The notes under the pieces were generated by a model. That model saw only the letters and a program-made list of their open reading frames with translations. It was not told the DNA's origin and searched no databases. Positions 39,653 through 50,282 of a stretch of DNA of 64,000 nt are shown in pieces (position 1 is the first letter of the stretch; each line of letters starts with the position of its first letter). The position numbers and the translations under genes were made by a program. This DNA comes from Chthoniobacteraceae bacterium. Its GTDB lineage: Bacteria; Verrucomicrobiota; Verrucomicrobiia; Chthoniobacterales; Chthoniobacteraceae. The stretch is taken from the NCBI GenBank assembly GCA_031409655.1, contig JANNXQ010000239.1, positions 1 to 64,000 of the forward strand. The letters are read 5' to 3'.

Positions 39653-42415
39653 ATGGCAAAAGCAACCAACAACACCAAATCCACGAAATCCCCAAAGTAC
39701 GTTTACACCTGGGGCAACAATAAAGCAGACGGCGACGGTTCGATGAAGCCGCTCCTCGGCGGCAAAGGCGCGAACCTCGCGGAGATGACCCGCATCGGGC
39801 TTCCCGTGCCTCCCGGCTTCACCATCACCACGGAAGTCTGCACCTACTTCTACGCTCACAAGCGCACCTATCCCGCCACGCTCCAGGCGGAGATGGAAAA
39901 GGGCGTGGCGAACATGGAGAAGATCATGGGCACGAAATTCGGCGACACCCAGAAGATGCCGCTGCTCGTCGCGGTGCGCTCCGGCGCGCGCGACTCCATG
40001 CCGGGCATGATGGACACCATCCTCAACCTCGGGCTCAACGACGAAACCGTGAAGGCGCTCGTCGCCGCGACGAAGAACGAGCGCTTCGCGTGGGATTGCT
40101 ACCGCCGCTTCATCCAGATGTATGGCGACGTCGTCATGGGCGTGCAGAAGCGCGAGGGCGAAGATCACGATCCGTTTGAATCCGTGATCGAGCACTACAA
40201 GGACGAAAAGTACCAGCAGCACGACATCGATGACTCGAAGCTCGTCGCCGCCGACTACCAGGAACTCGTCGCGCGCTTTAAGAAGCTCGTGAAGGAGCGC
40301 ACCGGGAAAGCCTTCCCGAACAATCCGTGGGACCAGCTCCGCGGAGCCTCGGGCGCCGTCTTCGGCTCCTGGATGAATGACCGCGCGATCGTCTATCGCC
40401 GGAAGTACAACATCCCGCAGGAGTGGGGCACCGCCGTGAACGTGCAGGCGATGGTCTATGGCAACACCGGCGAAACCTCCGGCAGCGGCGTCGCTTTCAC
40501 CCGCAATCCGGCGAACGGCGCGAACGAATTCTACGGCGAGTTTTTGATCAATGCGCAGGGCGAGGACGTGGTGGCTGGCGTGCGCACGCCCGAGCCGGTG
40601 TCCGAGCTGAAGAAGCAGATGCCGAAGTCATACGCTGAACTAATGAAGGTCCGCGCGACTCTGGAGAAGCACTTCAAGGACGTGCAGGACGTGGAGTTCA
40701 CGGTGCAGGAGGGGAAGCTCTTCATGCTCCAGACGCGCAACGGCAAGCGCACCGCCGCGGCGGCGCTGAAATTCTCCATGGATATGTACAAGGAGAAGCT
40801 CATCGACTGGGAAACCGCGGTGATGCGGAACCCCGCCGATCAGCTCGACCAGCTCCTCGCACCGATCTTCGACGTCGCCGACGTGAAGAAGGCCAAGGCG
40901 CTCGCGACTGGCCTCCCCGCGGGTCCAGGTGCTGCCTCCGGCAAGATCTACCTCAATGCCGACCGCGCCGCCGCGGCTGCCGAGAAGGGCGAAAAAGTCC
41001 TCCTCGTCCGCAACGAAACGTCGCCCGAAGATCTCCGCGGCATGATCGCCGCGGAAGGCATCCTGACCGCGAAAGGCGGCGTCTCCTCGCATGCCGCGCT
41101 CGTCGCGCGCCAGATGGGCAAGGTCTGTATCTGCGGCGCCAGCGCGTTGCAGATCGACTACAAGGCGAAGACCGTGAAGGTCGCCGGCCAGACCTTCAAG
41201 GAAGGCGACTTCGTCTCGATCGATGGCACCAGCGGCATCGTCTATGGCGGCCAGCTTGCCACCCAGCCGAGCGAGATCATCACCGGCATGCTGCACGGTG
41301 ATAAGCGCGCGCAGAAGACCGAGCAATTCGCCGCCTTCAACCAGCTCATGAAATGGTGTGGCCAGGCCACCCGCATGGAAGTCCGCACCAATGCCGACAA
41401 CCCCGAGCAGACCCAGAACGCCCTCGCCTTCGGTGCCACCGGCATCGGCCTGACCCGCACCGAACACATGTTCTTCGAGGGCGACCGCATCGACGCCATG
41501 CGCGAGATGATTCTCGCCGACAAAACCGCCGACCGCATCGCCGCGCTGAAGAAACTCCTGCCCTACCAGCGCAAGGATTTCACCGGCATCTTCAAAGCCC
41601 TCAAAGGCTTCCCGGCGACCATCCGCTTCCTCGATCCGCCGCTCCACGAGTTCCTGCCGCACGATCACGCCTCGCAGCAGTCGCTCGCTGAGAAGATCGG
41701 GATCAGCTCCGAGAAAATCTCTCAGCGCGTCAAGGACCTGCACGAGTTCAATCCCATGCTCGGCCACCGCGGCTGCCGCCTCGGCATCGCGTATCCTGAG
41801 ATCACCGAGATGCAAGCCCGCGCCGTCTTCGAAGCCGCCGCCGATGTGGTGAAGCTGAAGATCAAGGTGAAGCCCGAGATCATGATCCCGCTCGTCGGAT
41901 TCAAGAAGGAACTCGATTTGCAGGTCGAGATCGTCCACCGCGTCGCGAAGGAAGTCATGGCCGCGAAGAAAGTGAAGTTCGACTACATGGTCGGCACCAT
42001 GATCGAAGTTCCCCGCGGCGCCCTCACCGCCGACGAGATCGCGCAGACCGCTGAGTTCTTCAGCTTCGGCACGAACGACCTCACCCAGACCGCGCTCGGC
42101 ATCAGCCGCGACGACATGGGGAACTTCCTCATGCCTTATGTGGAAAATGAGATCTTCAAAAAGAACCCCTTCGCCAGCCTCGATCAGGTCGGTGTCGGCC
42201 TGCTCATGAAGATGGCCGTGGAAAAAGGCCGGAGCAGTCGCCCGAACATCAAGCTCGGCATCTGCGGCGAACACGGCGGCGATCCCGACAGCGTGAAGTT
42301 CTGCCACAAGCTCGGCCTGAACTACGTGAGCTGCTCACCTTACCGTGTGCCCGTCGCCCGCCTCGCCGCCGCTCAAGCCGCGATCGAGGAAAAGCGCGCC
42401 GCGAAGAAGAAGTAA
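39653..42415 (+). CDS. ppdK: Pyruvate, phosphate dikinase
   Basis: [56 protein letters not shown]. Confidence 0.99.
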   Translation: MAKATNNTKSTKSPKYVYTWGNNKADGDGSMKPLLGGKGANLAEMTRIGLPVPPGFTITTEVCTYFYAHKRTYPATLQAEMEKGVANMEKIMGTKFGDTQKMPLLVAVRSGARDSMPGMMDTILNLGLNDETVKALVAATKNERFAWDCYRRFIQMYGDVVMGVQKREGEDHDPFESVIEHYKDEKYQQHDIDDSKLVAADYQELVARFKKLVKERTGKAFPNNPWDQLRGASGAVFGSWMNDRAIVYRRKYNIPQEWGTAVNVQAMVYGNTGETSGSGVAFTRNPANGANEFYGEFLINAQGEDVVAGVRTPEPVSELKKQMPKSYAELMKVRATLEKHFKDVQDVEFTVQEGKLFMLQTRNGKRTAAAALKFSMDMYKEKLIDWETAVMRNPADQLDQLLAPIFDVADVKKAKALATGLPAGPGAASGKIYLNADRAAAAAEKGEKVLLVRNETSPEDLRGMIAAEGILTAKGGVSSHAALVARQMGKVCICGASALQIDYKAKTVKVAGQTFKEGDFVSIDGTSGIVYGGQLATQPSEIITGMLHGDKRAQKTEQFAAFNQLMKWCGQATRMEVRTNADNPEQTQNALAFGATGIGLTRTEHMFFEGDRIDAMREMILADKTADRIAALKKLLPYQRKDFTGIFKALKGFPATIRFLDPPLHEFLPHDHASQQSLAEKIGISSEKISQRVKDLHEFNPMLGHRGCRLGIAYPEITEMQARAVFEAAADVVKLKIKVKPEIMIPLVGFKKELDLQVEIVHRVAKEVMAAKKVKFDYMVGTMIEVPRGALTADEIAQTAEFFSFGTNDLTQTALGISRDDMGNFLMPYVENEIFKKNPFASLDQVGVGLLMKMAVEKGRSSRPNIKLGICGEHGGDPDSVKFCHKLGLNYVSCSPYRVPVARLAAAQAAIEEKRAAKKK

Positions 42416-42508
42416 CTCCACCACTTTCACCGCAAGGTGAACTTGTACCATGCGCTTCGGCGCAAGAGTACGCAGGGCTCCCTCACCCCCGCGGTGAGCG
42501 CCCACTAC

Positions 42509-42546
42509 AGCCGCCCCGGTCGCAAGACTGGGGCGGCTCTGTGTTT
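42509..42546 (+). terminator. Probable intrinsic terminator after ppdK
   Basis: AGCCGCCCCGGTC-GCAA-GACTGGGGCGGCT hairpin followed by CTGTGTTT. Confidence 0.6.
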
Positions 42547-42640
42547 GTCGGGCATGCTCCCTCGTCCCCGGGCCTCGGCGGTGCCTGGGTTTTCCGGAAA
42601 GATGGTGTGGGTGGGCGCGACGGTGGATGTTACCTCCCAC

Positions 42641-43351
42641 ATGCACCCTTTCGCCCTTCCTTCCGACTACCCTCGCATCAAGGTGGTGAGCAGTTTTCAG
42701 GAACTGGTCGCGACGCCGTTTGTTGCTGGCGTGAATGCGCTCTGCTGGCCGCGGACCCTCCCGGGGGATTTCCGCGAGGTGGTGGAGCAGTTGGGTGCGG
42801 GCGTGGGGATCAGCACGCTCGATGACGCCCGCCTGAACAGTCTGCCAGTGAGCGCCGCGGGCCGGGTGGCCATCGACATTCTCCTCGAAGATCAGCGACT
42901 GCTCCGGGCTCAGGATCGCGACCCCGTGCTCAACTGCATCCACGGCTACCCGCGCGACGAAAGTCCGGTGCCCGTCCGCACGGACGTCTTTTCCTTCCAT
43001 GCCGACAGCGCGCCGGTGGAAGCCGACACCTGGCTTTGCACTTACCACGGGCCGCCAAGCGAGGGCCTGCGCAACGACGAGGCGCAAAGGCGCGTGGAGA
43101 TCCCTGACACCCGCGCCGCCCTGCTCGATGTTTTCGCTGGTAAAGATGACGACGACTTCCGCGAATACCTGAGTGAGCACTGCTATGACCTCCACTACGC
43201 GCCGCTGGCGCAGGCCCGGCCTTTTTCCTTCGGCCTGGGGCATCTCTGGCGCATCGCCGTGGACTGGCCCGGCAGTTCCGTTCCCCCATGCCTCCATCGC
43301 GCTCCGGAGACGCTCCCCGAGCAGCCGCCCCGCTTGCTCCTGATCAGTTGA
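42641..43351 (+). CDS. DUF1826-like hypothetical protein
   Basis: NALCWPR, SFHADSAP..DTWLCTYHG, CLHRAP...PRLLLIS motifs; start set to ATG 42641. Confidence 0.65.
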   Translation: MHPFALPSDYPRIKVVSSFQELVATPFVAGVNALCWPRTLPGDFREVVEQLGAGVGISTLDDARLNSLPVSAAGRVAIDILLEDQRLLRAQDRDPVLNCIHGYPRDESPVPVRTDVFSFHADSAPVEADTWLCTYHGPPSEGLRNDEAQRRVEIPDTRAALLDVFAGKDDDDFREYLSEHCYDLHYAPLAQARPFSFGLGHLWRIAVDWPGSSVPPCLHRAPETLPEQPPRLLLIS

Positions 43352-43654
43352 GACTCAGCAGCGTGATAGTCGCTCCGCGCCCTTTGTCCAGGAGGTGTTG
43401 CGGCGCTTCCGCACGCGCACCTTCCGCCGTCAACGGTTTCGCGGAGGTGGCCGTGAGCCGCAGTCGCTTTGATCAACTTTCGATTTCCCACTTTTCGCCG
43501 AGTTTGAAGGAAACCCCACATCTGGCCAGATGTGAGTTGACCCGCGGGAGCGCTGGCCGGAGGTTCGGAGTGTTTCGTCCAGGACTGCTCGCCGCGTGGC
43601 GGGTGAACCGTCGCTGCCACTGTGAGGCGCTCGAAATCCCCCGATCTCGACGCC

Positions 43655-45937
43655 ATGGCTCAGCCTCCCAATACCAAAAACATCGCCTTCCTCGGCGACT
43701 ACGTGCCCCGGCGTTGTGGCATCGCGACTTTCACGGCGGATATCTGCGAGGCGGTGGCGGCGGAGTTTCCGCAGACGCAGTGCATCGTGGGGTCGGTGAA
43801 TGACCGGCCCGAGGGCTACGATTACCCGGAGCGGGTTCGATTTGAGATTGATGAGCGCGAACTCGATTCCTACCGGCGGGCGGCCGGATTCCTGAACATC
43901 AACAACGTGGAAGTGGTCTCCGTGCAGCACGAATTCGGGATCTACGGGGGACCGGCGGGGAGTCATCTGCTGGATTTTTTGCGGGAGGTGCGAAAGCCGG
44001 TGGTGACGACGCTGCACACCGTACTCAGCGAGCCGAACGCGGATCAGCGCATGGTCATGGAGCAACTCGATCTGCTTTCCAATCGCTTCATCGTGATGGC
44101 GGAGCGCGGGCAGCGGATGCTGGAGAGCATCTACGGCATCGATCCCGCGAAGATCGACCTGATCCCGCATGGGGTGATCGACATGCCGTTTATCGATTCA
44201 AACTTCTTTAAGGATGTCTTCGGGGTGGAGGGGAAGACGGTGCTGCTGACCTTTGGCCTGCTCTCGCCGAATAAGGGGATCGAGTATGTGATCGAGGCGC
44301 TGCCGGCGATCCTGAAGCGGCATCCGAATATCGTCTATCTCGTGCTCGGGGCCACCCATCCGCACTTACTCGCGCAGGAGGGGGAGGTGTACCGTCGGCG
44401 GTTGGAGCGGCTCGCGGTAGAGCGCGGGGTGGCGAAGCAGGTGATCTTTCACGACCGTTTCGTGATGATCGAAGAGCTCAAGGAATTCATCGGGGCGGCG
44501 GATATTTACATTACTCCCTACCTGAATGAGGCGCAGGTGACGTCGGGCACACTGGCTTATACTTTTGGCGCAGGGAAGGCGGTGATCTCCACGCCTTACT
44601 GGCATGCCCAGGAATTACTCGCGGGTGAACGCGGCGTGCTCGTCCCTTTCCGGGATTCGAGTGCGATCGCGGACGGGGTGAACCATTTCCTCTCGAATCC
44701 CACGCTGATGACGGCGATGCGCAAACGCGCGTGGAAAGCAGGTCGGGAGATGATCTGGCCGGTGGTGGCGCGGCGGTACATGGAGAGTTTTGAGCGGGCG
44801 CGGGCGGGTCTCAGCGTGCCGTCGATCGAGACGGTGGCAGAGCGGAAGATCGAGAATGCCAACTACCCGATGCCCGCGTTGAAGCTCGATCACCTCATGA
44901 AGATGAGTGATCACACGGGCATCTTTCAGCACGCGATCTATAACGTGCCAAACTATCATGAGGGTTACTGCACGGATGACAACGCGCGTGCTTTCATCCT
45001 GACGGTGCTGCTGCAGGAGCACACGGCGCCACAGCCGGATATTGAGCGACTGGCGAGCAGTTACCTCGCTTTTCTTTGGTATGCCTTTGACGCGAACACC
45101 TGCCGCTTTCGCAACTTCATGAATCACCACCGAGAGTGGATCGAGCGTGCTGGGTCGGAGGATAGTCATGCGCGCGCGCTTTGGGCCGTGGGCACAGCCC
45201 TCGGGCGTTCGCACGATCATGGACATCGGAATCTCTGCGCGTTGTTGTTTCAGCGAGGGCTTCCGCCAGTCGCGCGCTTTAGTTCACCGCGGGCGTGGGC
45301 TTTTGCCCTGCTCGCCATTCACGAATATCTCCGGGCCTTTGCCGGAGATCGAGCGGTGGGGCAGATGCGGGATGTGCTGGCGGGACAGTTGGTCGGCCTT
45401 TATCGCGCAAATTCTTCGCCGGGCTGGCAGTGGTTTGAGCGCATCGCCACTTACGATAATGCAAAGCTCTCGCACGCTTTGATCCTCAGTGGTCACTGGA
45501 CTTCGCATGGGGAAATGCTCGAGATCGGGCTCACTTCGCTGCGCTGGTTGCTGGAGGCGCAGACGGCGGAGAGCGGTCACTTTACGCCCATCGGCTGCCA
45601 TGGCTTTTGGCAGCAGGGTGGACAGCGGGCGCGCTTCGATCAGCAACCGCTTGAGGCGCACGCCACGGTTTCGGCCTGCCTGGAGGCTTATGCCGTGACG
45701 CGCGATGAATTCTGGCGGCGCGGGGCCCAGCGTTGTTTCGATTGGTTTCTCGGGCGCAACGATCTCGGTCTGCCCCTTTACGACGAGCGCACCGGGGGCT
45801 GCCGCGATGCCCTTTTGCAAGATCACCTCAATCAAAACCAGGGAGCGGAATCGAGTCTCGCCTTCTATCTCTCCCGCACCGAACTTGCGCGCGCTTCCAG
45901 CGGCCAAATCCAGCTCCTCCAGCCATGCGCCGCCTGA
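43655..45937 (+). CDS. GT4 glycosyltransferase with C-terminal helical glycosidase-like domain
   Basis: PRRCGIATFT, QHEFGIYGG, FGLLSPNKGIEY, ISTPYWHA; C-domain GYCTDDNARA, FDQQPLEA, NQNQGAES. Confidence 0.9.
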   Translation: MAQPPNTKNIAFLGDYVPRRCGIATFTADICEAVAAEFPQTQCIVGSVNDRPEGYDYPERVRFEIDERELDSYRRAAGFLNINNVEVVSVQHEFGIYGGPAGSHLLDFLREVRKPVVTTLHTVLSEPNADQRMVMEQLDLLSNRFIVMAERGQRMLESIYGIDPAKIDLIPHGVIDMPFIDSNFFKDVFGVEGKTVLLTFGLLSPNKGIEYVIEALPAILKRHPNIVYLVLGATHPHLLAQEGEVYRRRLERLAVERGVAKQVIFHDRFVMIEELKEFIGAADIYITPYLNEAQVTSGTLAYTFGAGKAVISTPYWHAQELLAGERGVLVPFRDSSAIADGVNHFLSNPTLMTAMRKRAWKAGREMIWPVVARRYMESFERARAGLSVPSIETVAERKIENANYPMPALKLDHLMKMSDHTGIFQHAIYNVPNYHEGYCTDDNARAFILTVLLQEHTAPQPDIERLASSYLAFLWYAFDANTCRFRNFMNHHREWIERAGSEDSHARALWAVGTALGRSHDHGHRNLCALLFQRGLPPVARFSSPRAWAFALLAIHEYLRAFAGDRAVGQMRDVLAGQLVGLYRANSSPGWQWFERIATYDNAKLSHALILSGHWTSHGEMLEIGLTSLRWLLEAQTAESGHFTPIGCHGFWQQGGQRARFDQQPLEAHATVSACLEAYAVTRDEFWRRGAQRCFDWFLGRNDLGLPLYDERTGGCRDALLQDHLNQNQGAESSLAFYLSRTELARASSGQIQLLQPCAA

Positions 45938-47382
45938 CCATTCATCCTTCTGGAATTCTGCTGCGACCAAATAGCGCACGCGTTCTCGTCCGACCATTCA
46001 TCCCCTCAGATGCCACGCGGATCGTTCACGTCATCGGGCGCGCGCTCGCGCTCAGTGAGCCGGAGGTCGAGGTTCAGTTGGCTGCGGTGCTTGCGGATTT
46101 CGGCGATCGGCATGTGGATCTTCGCGGAGTGTGGCGGCAAAATTACCAACGCGTGCGCGCCCACGTCTTCAGCGGGCGTCCGCTCTCGGAGACCCGCCAG
46201 CTCTACATCGGCGCGCTTTTCTCCGGCGAATACGCACTCGAATCCGCCGCGCTTTTCAACCCCTCGATCGTCGCGCATCCCGATCAATCCAGCCTCCCGG
46301 AGGGTGCGCTGCGTTTTATCATGAGCCTGCGCGCGACCGGGGAGGGGCATATCTCGTCGATCGAATTTCGCACGGGCGTCATCGACGCCGAGCACACCAT
46401 CACGCTCGATGAACCTTCGGGCTTTGTGACGGCGCCCGCGCTCAATCCGAACCCGACCTATCGTAAGACGGTCTTCCTCCACAAGTTGATGGAGATGGGT
46501 TTTGAGAACGAGTGGTCCACGGAGGTGATGCGTTCGCTCAACAAAGACTTTACTCTGAGTGAACTCGAGGCCGCCATCCGCGGAGCCTCGAGCGACCTCG
46601 GGCCGCTGCCGCGCGAAGTGCAGCGCACTACTGAGTGCATCCGCTGGCTGGCCGAGTCGAATTACGAAGTCCACTTCGCACCCGGAGTTGCTGTTTCCGA
46701 GCGCATCATTTTTCCCGTCTCTTCGAATGAGAGCAATGGCATGGAAGACGCGCGCTTTGTGCGCTTCGTCGAGGACGACGGCACCGTCATCTACTACGCG
46801 ACTTACACCGCCTACAATGGGCGCGCGATCCTGCCGCAGCTTTTGGAAACTTCTGACTTCCTCAGCTTCCGCGCGCGCACGCTGAATGGCCGGGCGGTGC
46901 AGAACAAAGGGATGGCTTTCTTCCCGCGGCGCGTCGGTGGCCGCTATGCCATGATTTCACGGCAGGATGACGAGAATCTTTTCCTGATGTTCTCCGACAA
47001 CCCGCACTTTTGGAGTGAACCCCGCATCCTGCGTCGGCCGAGTCATCCGTGGGAGATGGTGAAGATCGGCAATTGCGGTTCGCCGATGGAGACGGAAGCA
47101 GGCTGGCTGGTCATCACCCACGGGGTCGGCCCGATGCGGAAGTATTCCCTCGGCGCGCTGCTGCTCGACTTGCAGGACCCGACAAAGGTGCTCGGCGAAT
47201 CCGTGACGCCACTCGTTTCGCCAGAGGGCAATGGTCGCGAAGGCTACGTGCCGAATGTGGTTTACACGTGCGGCGCGCTGCTGCATCGCGGTCGTGTCGT
47301 CCTGCCCTACGGCCTGAGTGATACCGCGTGTACGATCGCGACGATTCCTCTGGCTGAATTGCTTGCGGATTTGATGGGCTGA
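45925..47382 (+). CDS. GH130-family glycosidase/phosphorylase with N-terminal extension
   Basis: ESAALFNPS, SLRATGEGHISSI, EDARFVRF, YYATYTAYNG, YVPNVVYTCG. Confidence 0.88.
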   Translation: MRRLTIHPSGILLRPNSARVLVRPFIPSDATRIVHVIGRALALSEPEVEVQLAAVLADFGDRHVDLRGVWRQNYQRVRAHVFSGRPLSETRQLYIGALFSGEYALESAALFNPSIVAHPDQSSLPEGALRFIMSLRATGEGHISSIEFRTGVIDAEHTITLDEPSGFVTAPALNPNPTYRKTVFLHKLMEMGFENEWSTEVMRSLNKDFTLSELEAAIRGASSDLGPLPREVQRTTECIRWLAESNYEVHFAPGVAVSERIIFPVSSNESNGMEDARFVRFVEDDGTVIYYATYTAYNGRAILPQLLETSDFLSFRARTLNGRAVQNKGMAFFPRRVGGRYAMISRQDDENLFLMFSDNPHFWSEPRILRRPSHPWEMVKIGNCGSPMETEAGWLVITHGVGPMRKYSLGALLLDLQDPTKVLGESVTPLVSPEGNGREGYVPNVVYTCGALLHRGRVVLPYGLSDTACTIATIPLAELLADLMG

Positions 47383-47491
47383 CGAGAGCAGGTAGTTGCC
47401 CGCGGCACTCGGGGAGGCGTCATTGCTGCGCAGCGCGTCTGGCCGCATCCGCCGGCGCGTTCTTGCCACTTCTCTGCCGGATCTCTACACG

Positions 47492-48775
47492 ATGCCGGCC
47501 ATGAATCGTTCCCCTCGCTTCCGCCTCTTCCTGATGATGGTGCTGCAGTTCTTCATCTGGGGGGCGTGGCTGCCGCCGCTTTTCCATCTGATGGGGGCGA
47601 AGGAGGGGCTCAATTTCACCGCCACGCAGCAGACCTTGATTGGGAGCTGCTTTGCCATCGCGTCGGTGCTGGGCATCTTTTTTTCCAATCAATTCGCGGA
47701 TCGGAATTTCGCTTCGGAACGGTTCATGGCCTTCAGTCATTTGGTCAGCGGCTTGGCGCTGATCGGGCTCTTTTTCGTGAAGAGCTTCGGGCCGTTTTTC
47801 ACCCTGATGCTTATTCATTCGATCTTGTACGTGCCGACGATTTCGGTCGGGAACTCGCTCGCCTTTGCCAACCTGAAGGATCCGGCAAAGGAGTTTGGCC
47901 TCGTGCGGATGGGTGGGACGATCGGGTGGATCATGGCGTCGTGGCCCTTTGTTTTCATTCTTAAAGGCAAGACGGGGCAGGCCTTGGCGGACGCGGAGAT
48001 GTACGCCTTTGTCGTCGCGGGGATTGCTTCCCTGGTGCTGGCGGGATTTTGCCTGACGCTACCGCACACGCCGCCGAAGACGGCGGCGGAGGGTGCGGGT
48101 GAATCGCTCGCCTGGCTCGAGGCGATGCGGCTGCTCCGGCTGCCCTTTGTCTTCGTGCTCTTTCTCGTCACTTTCATTGATGCAACCATTCACAACGGTT
48201 ACTTTGTCATGGCCTTCGGCTTTCTCGCGGACATCGGGTTCAAGCCAGAGAGCATCATGCCGATCATGAGCATCGGGCAGGTTGCGGAGATCGCGACGAT
48301 GGCCATCCTCGGCGGGGTGCTGGCGAAGTTCGGTTGGCGCACCACGATGATCATTGGCATCCTCGGTCACGCGGCGCGGTATGCGGTCTTTGCCTTCTTT
48401 GCGCAGAACCTTGCGGTCATCGTCGTCATCCAGGTGCTCCACGGCATCTGCTACGCGTTCTTTTTTGCCACGGTGTACATCTTCATCGACGCGGCTTTCC
48501 CGAAGGATGTCCGCGCCAGCGCGCAGGGCCTTTTCAATCTGCTCATTCTCGGGCTCGGCGATCTCGCGGCAAAGTGGATCTTCATCCCGCTGATGAATCA
48601 GTGGAAAGTGAGCGTGGCGCTCGAGGGCGGGGGAACGCGGGAGATGATCGACTACCACAAACTCTTCCTCGTGCCGGTGGGTCTGGCGCTGGGCGCGACG
48701 ATCCTGCTGGCGGTGGCGTTTCATCCGCCGAAAGAAATCTCCGCGCAGGGCGGTCCCGCGAAGGCGCCGCACTAA
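47492..48775 (+). CDS. MFS nucleoside:H+ symporter (NupG/XapB-like)
   Basis: MMVLQFFIWGAW, FADRNFASER, VRMGGTIGWI, IGQVAEI, RASAQGL. Confidence 0.9.
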   Translation: MPAMNRSPRFRLFLMMVLQFFIWGAWLPPLFHLMGAKEGLNFTATQQTLIGSCFAIASVLGIFFSNQFADRNFASERFMAFSHLVSGLALIGLFFVKSFGPFFTLMLIHSILYVPTISVGNSLAFANLKDPAKEFGLVRMGGTIGWIMASWPFVFILKGKTGQALADAEMYAFVVAGIASLVLAGFCLTLPHTPPKTAAEGAGESLAWLEAMRLLRLPFVFVLFLVTFIDATIHNGYFVMAFGFLADIGFKPESIMPIMSIGQVAEIATMAILGGVLAKFGWRTTMIIGILGHAARYAVFAFFAQNLAVIVVIQVLHGICYAFFFATVYIFIDAAFPKDVRASAQGLFNLLILGLGDLAAKWIFIPLMNQWKVSVALEGGGTREMIDYHKLFLVPVGLALGATILLAVAFHPPKEISAQGGPAKAPH

Positions 48776-48826
48776 GGTTCCGAGCGTTGACAGATTGATG
48801 CCCGGCAACGCAGATTCCAAATTCTT

Positions 48827-50209
48827 ATGAATCCCTCCCCATTCGCCCAAGCCACCACGCGCCGCCGCTTCCTCCAAACGACCGGCACCGCCGCCACTGC
48901 TTCGGTGCTCGCGGGCGTGAAAATTCCCTTCGTCCACGCGGCCGAGGACAATACCCAACAGCTCGCCATCGTGGGCTGCGGCGGACGCGGCACGGGCGCC
49001 ATTGCGAATGCGCTCACGGTCACTGGCCCGCCGGTGAAGCTCATGGCTATGGGCGACATCGCGGAGAGCAAAATCAAGAACTGCCTCAACGGCATCAAGA
49101 CGAAGTTCCCGACGCAGGTCGATGTGCCGGAAGAGCGGCAGTTCACGGGCTTCGACGCCTACAAGCACGTCATCGACGCGCTGCCGAAGAATGGCATCGT
49201 CATCTTCACCACCCCGCCGGCGTTTCGCTGGGTGTTCTTTAAGTACGCGATCGATAAAGGACTGCAAAACGTCTTCATGGAAAAGCCCGTCTGCACGGAT
49301 GGGCCGACGGCGCGCCGGATGCTGGCGCTCAATGAAGAGGCGAAGGCGAAAGGGATGCGGGTCGCGGTGGGCCTCATGGTCCGCCACTGCAAGGCGCGCA
49401 AGGAACTCGCCAACCGCATCCATCAAGGCGAACTCGGCGAGATCCTGCTCATCCGCGCCTATCGTCAGCAGGGGCCGGTCGCTTCCTTCCGCACGAAGAA
49501 GCGCGATCCGGAAAAAGACCCGAACGAATTGCTCTATCAGATCAAAAACTTCCACAGCTTCATGTGGATCAGCGGCGGCGCTTTCAGCGACTACAACATT
49601 CACAACATCGACGAGAGCTGCTGGGTGAAGAACGACTGGCCGGTCGAAGCGAAGGGCAGCGGTGGACGGCATTACCGGGACGAATGGGTGGATCAAAACT
49701 TTGACAACTACACCGTCGAGTACACCTTTGGCGACGGCACGAAGCTGATGTGGCAGAGCGGCAACATGCAGGGCACGCAGACGCAATTCTGCACGCACGC
49801 GCATGGCACCAAGGGGATGGCGATCTTCTCCACGGCGGGGCATCTGCCGGCAAAGTCGCGCATCTTCAAAGGGCAGTCGCTGAAGAGCGAGGATGTGATC
49901 TGGTCCTATCCGCAGCCGGAGCCAAATCCGTATGATGTGGAGTGGGAAGATTTCCTCGAAGCCATCCGCGGAAACCAGCCGTACAACGAAGTGGAGCGCT
50001 CGGTGAAATCCAGTCTCGTCACGGCAATGGGCCGTCTCTCCTCGCACACCGGACAGACGATCAGCTACGAAGACGCGCTGAACTGGCAGTCGGAGTTTGC
50101 GCCGGATGTGGACAAGCTCACGATGGACAGTCCCGCGCCGGTCCTCGCGGACGCCGAAGGCAAGTACCCCTTGCCGGAGCCGGGAATCAAAAAGAAGACC
50201 GAGTACTGA
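48827..50209 (+). CDS. Tat-exported Gfo/Idh/MocA oxidoreductase
   Basis: TRRRFLQ Tat motif; VGCGGRGTGA, FMEKP, NIHNID. Confidence 0.92.
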   Translation: MNPSPFAQATTRRRFLQTTGTAATASVLAGVKIPFVHAAEDNTQQLAIVGCGGRGTGAIANALTVTGPPVKLMAMGDIAESKIKNCLNGIKTKFPTQVDVPEERQFTGFDAYKHVIDALPKNGIVIFTTPPAFRWVFFKYAIDKGLQNVFMEKPVCTDGPTARRMLALNEEAKAKGMRVAVGLMVRHCKARKELANRIHQGELGEILLIRAYRQQGPVASFRTKKRDPEKDPNELLYQIKNFHSFMWISGGAFSDYNIHNIDESCWVKNDWPVEAKGSGGRHYRDEWVDQNFDNYTVEYTFGDGTKLMWQSGNMQGTQTQFCTHAHGTKGMAIFSTAGHLPAKSRIFKGQSLKSEDVIWSYPQPEPNPYDVEWEDFLEAIRGNQPYNEVERSVKSSLVTAMGRLSSHTGQTISYEDALNWQSEFAPDVDKLTMDSPAPVLADAEGKYPLPEPGIKKKTEY

Positions 50210-50231
50210 GCAGGCCCGGCATGACTTTCGG

Positions 50232-50271
50232 AGCCGCCGTCTTCCACGAAGGCGGCGGCTTCCGTTTTTTT
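50232..50271 (+). terminator. Intrinsic terminator
   Basis: GAGCCGCCGTCTTC-CAC-GAAGGCGGCGGCTT hairpin followed by a T7 run. Confidence 0.8.
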
Positions 50272-50282
50272 CTGGAAGCGGC

